A program made the position numbers and the translations under genes. Shown here in pieces: positions 39,433 to 47,485 of a stretch of 64,000 nt of DNA. The notes under the pieces are model-generated. The model did not search any database. It was not told where the DNA came from and saw nothing but the letters and a program-made list of their open reading frames with translations. Source of the DNA: a virus. Within the stretch, counting starts at the first letter, position 1, and the number at the start of each line of letters is the position of its first letter. Location: the IMG/VR virus record IMGVR_UViG_3300047157_000171; one strand, given 5' to 3'.

Positions 39433-40152
39433 TTAGTCGTATTTCTCTAAAATCTGTGAGATTAAAGGGTTCCTAACAATGTCTTTATTATCGAACTCAA
39501 AGACTCCCACCTCATTCACACTACCTAATCGATTAACGATGTCGTATAAACCTGATTGTCTTTTATCTTTGTATCTGTCCGTTTGTTCTAAATCTCCTGA
39601 TATGAAGAATTTAGAATTAAACCCAATCCTTGTCAGTAGTAATTTCATTTGACCCGGAGTTGCGTTCTGTGCTTCTTCAAAAATTAAAATAGAATTGTCG
39701 ATATTCATACCTCTCATATATGCAAGTGCAAATACTTCGATATAATTCATCTCTTTTAATTTTTCTCTTTGTTCTTTTCCTATGATTTTATTTAATAAGT
39801 AATATGTTGGAAATATATAAGGGTCTAACTTTTCTTCAACTCCACCCGGTAATGAACCTAGTTTCTCTTCGGCCTCAACGGCAGGTCTAACAATTATTAT
39901 TTTTTCATACTTATTATCTTCTCTGTGTAATAACTCAACGGCTTTCATCATCGCCACATATGATTTACCAACACCCGCAGGTCCTGAACATAGAGTTATT
40001 TGATTTTCTTCTAAGATATTCCAATATTCTTTCTGTGCTTCAGTTAGAAATTTTTTCTTAGGGTTTTTTATAAGTGAACGTACAATCTCCTTTTTAGACA
40101 TTCTATGTAAAGGTAGTTGTGGTTCTGTATTTTTATTTTTTCGTGCTCCCAA
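39433..40152 (-). CDS. phoH: PhoH-family ATPase
   Basis: GPAGVGKS, RPAVEAEEKLGSLPG, YMRG, EEAQN, LTRIG, GDLEQTD. Confidence 0.92.
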   Translation of the reverse strand: MGARKNKNTEPQLPLHRMSKKEIVRSLIKNPKKKFLTEAQKEYWNILEENQITLCSGPAGVGKSYVAMMKAVELLHREDNKYEKIIIVRPAVEAEEKLGSLPGGVEEKLDPYIFPTYYLLNKIIGKEQREKLKEMNYIEVFALAYMRGMNIDNSILIFEEAQNATPGQMKLLLTRIGFNSKFFISGDLEQTDRYKDKRQSGLYDIVNRLGSVNEVGVFEFDNKDIVRNPLISQILEKYD

Positions 40153-40183
40153 ATTAATTGTGTTTAATTTATCACTTTATGAT

Positions 40184-40210
40184 ACTACTAATATCACCTA
40201 TAACCGTCAA
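40184..40210 (-). promoter_or_regulatory. TTGACG-N17-TAGTAT promoter upstream of phoH (end coordinate approximate)
   Basis: Minus strand TTGACG GTTATAGGTGATATTAG TAGTAT. Confidence 0.5.
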
Positions 40211-40237
40211 AAATCAATAGATAGTCTAACCCCTTTA

Positions 40238-40861
40238 TTAATTTTTTCCCGTAGACCCAAAACCTCCATCACCTCTGTCGGTATTAACTAAAGAATCAAC
40301 AGGGCTCAAAGTGGCACTTAACTTAGTTAGTACGGGGCATAACACTGCTTGTGCTATTCTATCACCTTGTATTATCTTTGTAATTTCATTCGATAAGTTG
40401 ACTAAGATAATTTTAATCTCACCAGTATAACCTTGGTCCACAGTCCCCGGTGTGTTTAACACAGTTAGACCTTGTTTTGCTGCTAACCCACTTCTTGGTC
40501 TAACTTGTAGTTCGTAACCCACAGGAATTTTAAAATATAACCCTGTTGGTACGACAAATCTTTCTAACGGTTTTAACGTTATGGATTCTCCGCAATTAGC
40601 TCTTAAGTCAAACCCACTATCCCCGTCATAAACATATTCAGGGTCTTTGTTACTTGATTTGTTAATAAACCCTAAACTCACCACTGGTTTATTTTCTTCA
40701 ATAATCGCTTTTTGAAGTTCATTTGTTAACTCAGAGAATTGTTCGTTTATTTTATTCTCATCAAAATCTACATCATCGACATCAAAATTTTCGTCAGATA
40801 AGTTACCAAACTTTTCAGTGACAATACGTGTTAGTTTTTCGTAATCAAAGTTATTTTCCAT
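40238..40861 (-). CDS. dut: Trimeric dUTPase with acidic N-terminal extension
   Basis: DSGFDLRA, RPRSGLAAK, PGTVDQGYTGEI, RIAQAV, RGDGGFGSTG. Confidence 0.95.
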   Translation of the reverse strand: MENNFDYEKLTRIVTEKFGNLSDENFDVDDVDFDENKINEQFSELTNELQKAIIEENKPVVSLGFINKSSNKDPEYVYDGDSGFDLRANCGESITLKPLERFVVPTGLYFKIPVGYELQVRPRSGLAAKQGLTVLNTPGTVDQGYTGEIKIILVNLSNEITKIIQGDRIAQAVLCPVLTKLSATLSPVDSLVNTDRGDGGFGSTGKN

Positions 40862-41429
40862 TATTCATTTCTTTTTCTTCTAAAATGGCTAAATCTGTCG
40901 CTTGTTTTAATAGTTGACCTAATTTAGTTGTATACCATCTTACTTGTTTATCATCATCACTTTTATCGTGATTTAAGATTGCTTGGTATTCATCTTCCGT
41001 TAATTTAACACCGTTAGAGAGTGCGTAATGTGCACTCCTTTCTCCAACCCTCATTGATACTAATTCTTCGTTATACTCAAAGTATTTACCCAAATTAGTC
41101 ATATGCCACTCACTTTTACAAGGGGTGAATAAGAATGTCTTACCAATTTCGGATAAAAATGAAACCTTAAGTATAGATTCCATAGTTTCCTGCATTGATT
41201 CGGGAATTACTTTATTCAGATAAACGGCATATTTAGCAACCTTTATGGTGTGGTCTAATAACCCACCAGGAAAAGCATTATTCATATCCTTCATAGGAGA
41301 CGCAGGTGATAGAAAATATCCCTGACCCAAAAAGTCTAAAAGGTCTTTTGTGAAAATATTATATTTTTCATTAACCTCTTCAAACTTTTTAATGTTTTTC
41401 TCTAATTTTTGTTTATCTAATGTTACCAT
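40851..41429 (-). CDS. HD-domain-like protein with degenerate HD motif
   Basis: AFPGGLLDHTIKV, FLSEIGK (normally LHDxGK), QAILNHD. Confidence 0.65.
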   Translation of the reverse strand: MVTLDKQKLEKNIKKFEEVNEKYNIFTKDLLDFLGQGYFLSPASPMKDMNNAFPGGLLDHTIKVAKYAVYLNKVIPESMQETMESILKVSFLSEIGKTFLFTPCKSEWHMTNLGKYFEYNEELVSMRVGERSAHYALSNGVKLTEDEYQAILNHDKSDDDKQVRWYTTKLGQLLKQATDLAILEEKEMNNGK

Positions 41430-41431
41430 TT

Positions 41432-41668
41432 TTAGTTAGTGTAATACTTTGGAGAAAGTGTTGGGTTTAATACATCCTCGAATGTTGATTTAGTTATTGT
41501 TAACACTTCAGAACCTCTACTATCTTCACTTCTGTATTTTGCAATAACAATCATAGCTTCCTCAACGGATTGAGCCTCTACTAAGTAACGTGACTTTTTC
41601 ATTTTAGGGTTTCCGTCTTTGTCTAAGTTTTCAGTTTCGTAACCTACTGTAATCGTGTAATTCATCAT
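41432..41668 (-). CDS. DUF4494-like small protein
   Basis: YTITVGYE...YLVEAQSVEEA pattern resembling a Bacteroidota family. Confidence 0.5.
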   Translation of the reverse strand: MMNYTITVGYETENLDKDGNPKMKKSRYLVEAQSVEEAMIVIAKYRSEDSRGSEVLTITKSTFEDVLNPTLSPKYYTN

Positions 41669-41670
41669 TT

Positions 41671-42894
41671 TTATTTATTTATTAATTGTTTATAAAATTC
41701 TTTTCTTTTCTCTGTAGTCGTTTTAAGGTGATATTTGTCTTTAACACTCTCATATAATCTCTCACCTAAATCCTCGACTAACGAAGGATTGTTCATTAAT
41801 CTCTTAATGTGTTCAAACCAAAATTTATGATTTTTATTTGAAGAAATCAAAAATGCGGTACCTTTATCGTTAAACTTCCCTCTATCCCAAGCATTAACTA
41901 ATGTTGAGGAATACATACCAAAATCTTGAGAGATTAATGCTTTCTTATAGAAACCCGCTTCAATTATCTTTAACTCTGACTTCATTGAGTTAAATTCGTT
42001 TTCAACTAGTGGAGCCAAAGATACGTCAAATTGAGTATAACCCAACGCGTATTTGTTAATTGGTTCTGTCCATATTCTACGATAGTTTTCGTTAGAATCA
42101 TCATACTCTAAATCTCTGTTGAATTTCAAAAGATGTTCCCTATAATCGTCAGATAAATTTTTAAATTTATTAGTTAGGATTGCTTCATATCCAAACCAAG
42201 AGGTTTCCCATGGTTTAACGGGTCTTTTCTTCTGTCCCTGAGGAGTTTGTTCGATAATGTTACCTCGAGTGTCATAACCACAAAGAACAAACTGATACTT
42301 ATCCTTAAATTGAGATTCCATCTTACCTGACATCCCATCCATAAGTTTAATGTCTTCACCGTGAGAAGAACCACCTAACCACCCAATTCTAAGTTTATCG
42401 GTTTTTTTAGTCTCACCTTTAAACTGTTTTTCTTCAGGGTCGATAGCATTTTCAATTACTATGACATTTTTAATACCAACACTTTTTAGTTTAGATGCGA
42501 AGATAGGTGTGGTTGTTGTTACATAATCCACAGACCTTAATAACGATAACTGATTTTTAGAATATCCGTTATCTTTATATGACTTCTGTAATGGATGGCC
42601 ATTAGGTAATAACCAATAATCATCAACGTCCATAACCACCTTAGAACCTCCTTTTTGGATTTCTTTAATCTTACTTACTTGCCATTCAGTATCTTTACCT
42701 CTGACCAGACGTTTATGGAAATGTATGATGTGATAATCATTGAAATTAACATTCTCCACGTTATCAAAAACAATGTCAACAAAGAACTCGTCTGAGTAAT
42801 GGTTGTTTAAGTAAATGTGTGGGTCTAATGAACGATATTTACCAATACCTGAAGTGTCGGATGGTAATACCAATATTTTAATAAGCTCTGACAT
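41671..42894 (-). CDS. Glycosyltransferase, GT-B fold
   Basis: GKYRSLDPH, VMDVDDYW, RIGWLGGSSH, DVSLAPL..NEFNSMKSELKIIEAG. Confidence 0.82.
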   Translation of the reverse strand: MSELIKILVLPSDTSGIGKYRSLDPHIYLNNHYSDEFFVDIVFDNVENVNFNDYHIIHFHKRLVRGKDTEWQVSKIKEIQKGGSKVVMDVDDYWLLPNGHPLQKSYKDNGYSKNQLSLLRSVDYVTTTTPIFASKLKSVGIKNVIVIENAIDPEEKQFKGETKKTDKLRIGWLGGSSHGEDIKLMDGMSGKMESQFKDKYQFVLCGYDTRGNIIEQTPQGQKKRPVKPWETSWFGYEAILTNKFKNLSDDYREHLLKFNRDLEYDDSNENYRRIWTEPINKYALGYTQFDVSLAPLVENEFNSMKSELKIIEAGFYKKALISQDFGMYSSTLVNAWDRGKFNDKGTAFLISSNKNHKFWFEHIKRLMNNPSLVEDLGERLYESVKDKYHLKTTTEKRKEFYKQLINK

Positions 42895-42948
42895 AAATTA
42901 TAATTTAACTACTTAAATGTAGTTAAACCATAATAATAAGTCAAAAGA

Positions 42949-43554
42949 TTACTTAACGTTTCTAACGTCTGTTATTTTTCCTATGAACATAGAGTCACCA
43001 ACTCTAATTTGTAGATTCTCACTAATTTCTTTATTAGACTCCATTAACTTATTTAACTTAGATTCTACGATATCATCTAAAGTCTCTGTAATGGCTTCTT
43101 TAATGAAACTCTTTAACTCTTCATTTAAGTTAAGTGAAGTAGTTTGTCTTTGTATTGGTTGTGTTGGTTGAGGTATTTTTTGTGCTCCTGAAGTGAACTT
43201 AGATTGTTCCTCCATTTTCTTAGCAACCTCATCTATAAAATCAGACGATAAGTTATTTTCAAAATTAACGGTAGGAATTGGATTCTCTAACATTAATTGT
43301 TTGATGTTGTCAGGTAAGTTTGAACCTTTAATTTTATCTTCTGACATATTACTTTTAACATCTCTTTGTGTTCTGTTAGAACTAACCGGTGTTTGTTGAG
43401 GAGATGGTTGTTGAGGAGAGGATTGTAAATTGTTTGTGTCCTGAGATAACATAGACGCATCAACATTACCTGTTGTGTACGATTTATTATCAACCTTAGA
43501 CATAACTTGTTTAGCTGCTAATAATGAGTTTTGTAACTTTTCGAATCCTTCCAT
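42949..43554 (-). CDS. Hypothetical late protein (likely start ATG 43554)
   Basis: MEGFEKLQ..., Gln/Pro linker, C-terminal LQIRVGDSMFIGKI. Confidence 0.7.
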   Translation of the reverse strand: MEGFEKLQNSLLAAKQVMSKVDNKSYTTGNVDASMLSQDTNNLQSSPQQPSPQQTPVSSNRTQRDVKSNMSEDKIKGSNLPDNIKQLMLENPIPTVNFENNLSSDFIDEVAKKMEEQSKFTSGAQKIPQPTQPIQRQTTSLNLNEELKSFIKEAITETLDDIVESKLNKLMESNKEISENLQIRVGDSMFIGKITDVRNVK

Positions 43555-43591
43555 AATACTATTTTTTAGTAAATATAAGTAACTTTTGTAA

Positions 43592-43969
43592 TTAGTCAAA
43601 CTTTGCAATCTCAAAAACTTGAGACATGTGCTTATCCCCTTTTGGGTTAAAATACGGTCTAGGCGTTTCAAAAGTGTCGTTAGTTGGTGAACTATTAGTT
43701 ATTTTATCTAATCTAAATAATCTCCACCCTGGTTGGTTTTCAGGGGTATCACTCGACCCTCTAACTTGCCAAGCCCTTAATACAACGTTTCCTGATACAT
43801 TATGAGGACCAAAGGCAACAGGTTCGATTTCCCTATAACCTTTATTAATCGTTTGGTCACCTGCGTAAAAAATAGTGATAACTTTTTTGTTACGTATTGC
43901 GTCAGCGATAGTATCACGACTAACGGCCTCTTTAATAATTAAAGATTTAAGTGACTGTATTAGTTTCAT
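43592..43969 (-). CDS. WYL-domain protein
   Basis: AIRNKKVITIFY...YREIEPVAFG...VLRAWQ...WRLFRLDKI. Confidence 0.8.
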   Translation of the reverse strand: MKLIQSLKSLIIKEAVSRDTIADAIRNKKVITIFYAGDQTINKGYREIEPVAFGPHNVSGNVVLRAWQVRGSSDTPENQPGWRLFRLDKITNSSPTNDTFETPRPYFNPKGDKHMSQVFEIAKFD

Positions 43970-44355
43970 TAGAAATTAGGATATTCGTTTGATGGTCCAT
44001 ATTGATTAGTCGACGTATTACTACCTCTGGTTAAAATATCAGTGGTCCCACCAATAGTGTTAGTTTGTCCTTTACCAGCCTCATCACCATCTGATAGTGC
44101 GTTAGGATGAGAAGAACCATAAGAGTTAGAATCGTTATATTCGTTACTATTAACTAATGTTTGCCTTGTTAGTATATCAGTCGAACTACCTGTTGTGTTA
44201 GTTAACCCTTTACCAGCTTCGTCACCGTCTGACAGTGCGTTAGGGTGGGTAGAACTATATTCATCACTCTCAGTACCGTCGTAGGTGTTTGAGGTCATCA
44301 AAGCAGTTCTTTGTTGATTTGCGATTTCTGTTAGTTTTTCGTTTGCGTTTGACAT
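43969..44355 (-). CDS. Internal-repeat protein
   Basis: Y(S/G)S(T/S)HPNALSDGDEAGKG twice, DILTR twice, partial third unit. Confidence 0.75.
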   Translation of the reverse strand: MSNANEKLTEIANQQRTALMTSNTYDGTESDEYSSTHPNALSDGDEAGKGLTNTTGSSTDILTRQTLVNSNEYNDSNSYGSSHPNALSDGDEAGKGQTNTIGGTTDILTRGSNTSTNQYGPSNEYPNF

Positions 44356-44374
44356 ATTCTTTTTATTATAAATA

Positions 44375-44812
44375 TTACTTAATTAGTTTATGGTATCTTT
44401 TAATACTTTCAGATAACCTACTTACGTCAACAGAAGGTACTTGACCGTTCTTTTCATGTGACTTTCTATACGCATTACTTTTACCCGGTGTTAAATCAGC
44501 AGCTCTTTGTGCGGATTTTTTCTGTTGTTCAATTTCTTTTCTAGCGTTGTCTAATGTATTATTAACCCACTTATACATAACCTCACCACCGTTAAGATTA
44601 AATGAATCAGAATTTTCTTCTTGGTTAATGTTTTTAAAGTCGTATTTTAATCTCTTAAGTTGTTGATATGTCATAACCCTTTCTTCAACCAATCTACGTA
44701 AACGTTTCATTCCTTCACCTTTAACGTGACTCATTTTCTTTAAAGTCTCGTTTAAGTGTTTAACAATGTTGTTCGGTATTTGAAATTCTTTGTTATGTAA
44801 TTTACGATTCAT
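44375..44812 (-). CDS. Basic hypothetical late protein
   Basis: 145 aa, C-terminal LSESIKRYHKLIK. Confidence 0.7.
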   Translation of the reverse strand: MNRKLHNKEFQIPNNIVKHLNETLKKMSHVKGEGMKRLRRLVEERVMTYQQLKRLKYDFKNINQEENSDSFNLNGGEVMYKWVNNTLDNARKEIEQQKKSAQRAADLTPGKSNAYRKSHEKNGQVPSVDVSRLSESIKRYHKLIK

Positions 44813-44814
44813 TA

Positions 44815-45543
44815 CTACTTAAGTTTGTTAATGATATATTTTTTATCTTCGTCAGATAAATCTATTAAAAATTTTAATTTTCTATCTAATATTGGATTTG
44901 GTTCAGATTCGACATCGTCTTCCTCTTCTATTGTTGGTTCTAAAATGTCTTTAGGTGAATCTTTTTTAGATATTACCGAATCAACATATTCTTCAATCTG
45001 ACCTTTAGTCATCTTTTCGATAAGTCTTACCTTATCTTCTGATGATGGGATATAACCCATTTTTTCTAATCTTTCTTTAGCATCGATTTCCTCGAAGTCT
45101 AATTCGTCCATAAAATACTTTAACGCCTCTTCATAAGATGCGTTCTTACCCATTGTTTCTTCAAACCCTAAGGAATCGTCCATTTCTGACTCACCCCAGT
45201 ATCTTCTCATATAATGTCCTTTTTGGAATGGAGGTTGAGAGGTTGCACTTACTTGCGCATCAGAGGTCTTTCTAGCGGTAACGCTTTTAGCCCTAATATC
45301 TTTAGGTATTTTTGATGTCGGGATTGACCCGTCAAAATCTACAATTTCTTCAATTTCTTCTTCAGTTGCCTTTTCAGGTAACTTTTTGAAGTTTGTATCT
45401 TTAGCAAATTCATCAGCCATTTTACACCATTTCTTCTTTTCTTTTTTTGAAAGTGAATCGTCATTACACTTTGCAAAGAAGAATTTTTGTTGTTTTTTTG
45501 ACTCGAATTTCTCTAATACTATCTGTTTTAATCTTTGGTCCAT
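44815..45543 (-). CDS. Hypothetical late protein
   Basis: 242 aa, FESKKQQKFFFAKC...EFAKDTNFKKLPE; late motif at 45561. Confidence 0.7.
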   Translation of the reverse strand: MDQRLKQIVLEKFESKKQQKFFFAKCNDDSLSKKEKKKWCKMADEFAKDTNFKKLPEKATEEEIEEIVDFDGSIPTSKIPKDIRAKSVTARKTSDAQVSATSQPPFQKGHYMRRYWGESEMDDSLGFEETMGKNASYEEALKYFMDELDFEEIDAKERLEKMGYIPSSEDKVRLIEKMTKGQIEEYVDSVISKKDSPKDILEPTIEEEDDVESEPNPILDRKLKFLIDLSDEDKKYIINKLK

Positions 45544-45599
45544 AGATAAAATTCTTTATTTATAAATATCAAACAACTTTAAAGATATTTATTATTATC

Positions 45600-47048
45600 A
45601 TGAGTATAACAAATAAATATCAAAATTCAGGTTCTGAACTAGGAATAAACCTAAATAAAGGGTATTTCTACGATGTTACACCACAAGTAAAAAATATAAC
45701 AAATATGAATTTATTGTATAGTAATCGTCTTTTTGATGATAAATTAGCGATAGATGTAAACCCAAACGATAGGGAAATCCTTTACATTAGTGATACAACT
45801 ATCCCACAATCTATGATGGCAAACTTCGTAGGTAAGGATGGTTTTGATAACAATCTTTTTTATAGATATCACTTTAAACAACCAGGAAAACAAGTTTTTC
45901 AAAATATAATGCCATGTGGATGGACATTTGAAACTGTAATGAACTTCGATAATAAAGATATGACTGATTTTAGTGTGTTTTATTATTTAGGTGTTGGATT
46001 TGAAAAAGAATTGATAGACGGAGAATTGGTGGACACATCAAGAAGTTACAAAAAAGATTATTTACACAACAATATTGCGTTTGGTTTTGATAAGAACAAA
46101 AGTATTGTTGTTCGTTCAGCAAGATACACTGAGGAGTGTTATGGTTGTGATGAAGAAGAAAAGAACTATTCTTCAACTGCATGTGGTGGGGATAGTAGTG
46201 TAACAGTTACTTCAGGTAATTTAGTTACGGGTTCTACGTTATACGAACATTCGTTTGATAAAGCGATATGTAGTGATGATAATACTAACTTTTTAGTTAC
46301 TGTTAAGTTTGAGAGAGACTCGAGTATCATTAATAATATGTGTACAGAATTAGGGACTAAGTTTGTAGAATCAGAATCAGAACGAATTGGTACTTTAAAG
46401 GTCTACGTTAATGGGTTATTATATGGTTCAATATATGGTTTTGAAGATATTGTTACTCGTAGAGCTAGTTTACCTGTTCATGAATTTGTACAGGGTTGGG
46501 GTTTTTCAGATAACTTCTTTATTAGTGAAGATTATAATATGTTTGGAACATTTGAAGGTAAACAACCAAGAGGTAGATTTCACTCAAACCCATTGTCTTT
46601 ATCTGAAATAAGACACAATTACAAACAATTAAAGGATTGTTATGACATTATTGGTTGTTTTGATTTAAACTGTGGTCCTACGTTCCCTGAAAAGGTGATT
46701 GAAGAGTGTCCAAATAGTAAAACTGATGAGACTACGCCAATATCGACTACAACAACAACTGAAGAAATAACAACAACAACGTCTACAATGGAAGAAGTTA
46801 CCACAACTACGACAAATGTAGACCCAACTGATACAACAGAACCACCCATCTGTAATCCATTTGAGGTGAATGGTTATTACCCATTGTATTTAACACAAGA
46901 CTGTGCTGAACGACACGTTGGTGGTAACGGTCAATTTCATACTCACGATTTTGGAGACCCAATGGTGACATATTATATGCCAAATGGTTTAAATATGGAC
47001 CCTAATAATGGTTTAGTAACAATGTGGCACGGTAACTATACGACTTAG
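45600..47048 (+). CDS. Probable virion surface protein: ConA/LamG-like beta domain, Thr-rich linker, His-containing C-terminal domain
   Basis: WTFETV, LKVYVNG, PLSLSEIRHNY; TTTTTEEITTTTST; GYYPLY...HTHDF...YYMPNG...WHGNY. Confidence 0.6.
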   Translation: MSITNKYQNSGSELGINLNKGYFYDVTPQVKNITNMNLLYSNRLFDDKLAIDVNPNDREILYISDTTIPQSMMANFVGKDGFDNNLFYRYHFKQPGKQVFQNIMPCGWTFETVMNFDNKDMTDFSVFYYLGVGFEKELIDGELVDTSRSYKKDYLHNNIAFGFDKNKSIVVRSARYTEECYGCDEEEKNYSSTACGGDSSVTVTSGNLVTGSTLYEHSFDKAICSDDNTNFLVTVKFERDSSIINNMCTELGTKFVESESERIGTLKVYVNGLLYGSIYGFEDIVTRRASLPVHEFVQGWGFSDNFFISEDYNMFGTFEGKQPRGRFHSNPLSLSEIRHNYKQLKDCYDIIGCFDLNCGPTFPEKVIEECPNSKTDETTPISTTTTTEEITTTTSTMEEVTTTTTNVDPTDTTEPPICNPFEVNGYYPLYLTQDCAERHVGGNGQFHTHDFGDPMVTYYMPNGLNMDPNNGLVTMWHGNYTT

Positions 47049-47072
47049 TAATTAATTAATATATTTAATAAT

Positions 47073-47417
47073 ATGGAACATTTTATAAAACAACATTCAC
47101 AGGAACCAATTTTATCGGTTACGTTATATAACGACGAAAAATTCTTTAAAGAACCTTTTGGTGATAGAATTGAGAATTCTATTATTACTTTTAATATGGT
47201 TGATGAAAAAGGGGCGTATAAAATATTAAACGGTGAGTGTGACTTAATTTTTGAAAATGGTGACTACTCTATCATATATCCTTTTACCAAGTCAGATACT
47301 AAAAAAATTGGGGAATATAAAGGAGAATTTAAAATACAATTCTTAAACGACACGTACAGAGTGTCTACTGAAACCATACTTCCAATAAAAGAAGAATTAA
47401 TCGTCTCAATTATTTGA
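47073..47417 (+). CDS. Small Ig-like structural protein (BppU N-terminal-like)
   Basis: FIKQHSQEPILSVTL...DTKKIGEYKGEFKI...PIKEELIV. Confidence 0.55.
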   Translation: MEHFIKQHSQEPILSVTLYNDEKFFKEPFGDRIENSIITFNMVDEKGAYKILNGECDLIFENGDYSIIYPFTKSDTKKIGEYKGEFKIQFLNDTYRVSTETILPIKEELIVSII

Positions 47418-47443
47418 TAATTTACCAAGTTTTCGTATCTTTG
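47413..47443 (+). promoter_or_regulatory. Bacteroidota sigma-A type promoter for DNA polymerase
   Basis: TTTG (47413) - 19 nt - TATCTTTG (47436). Confidence 0.72.
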
Positions 47444-47485
47444 TTTTGAATGTCAAAGAGTAATCTCACCATTGTGTGAGAGACA

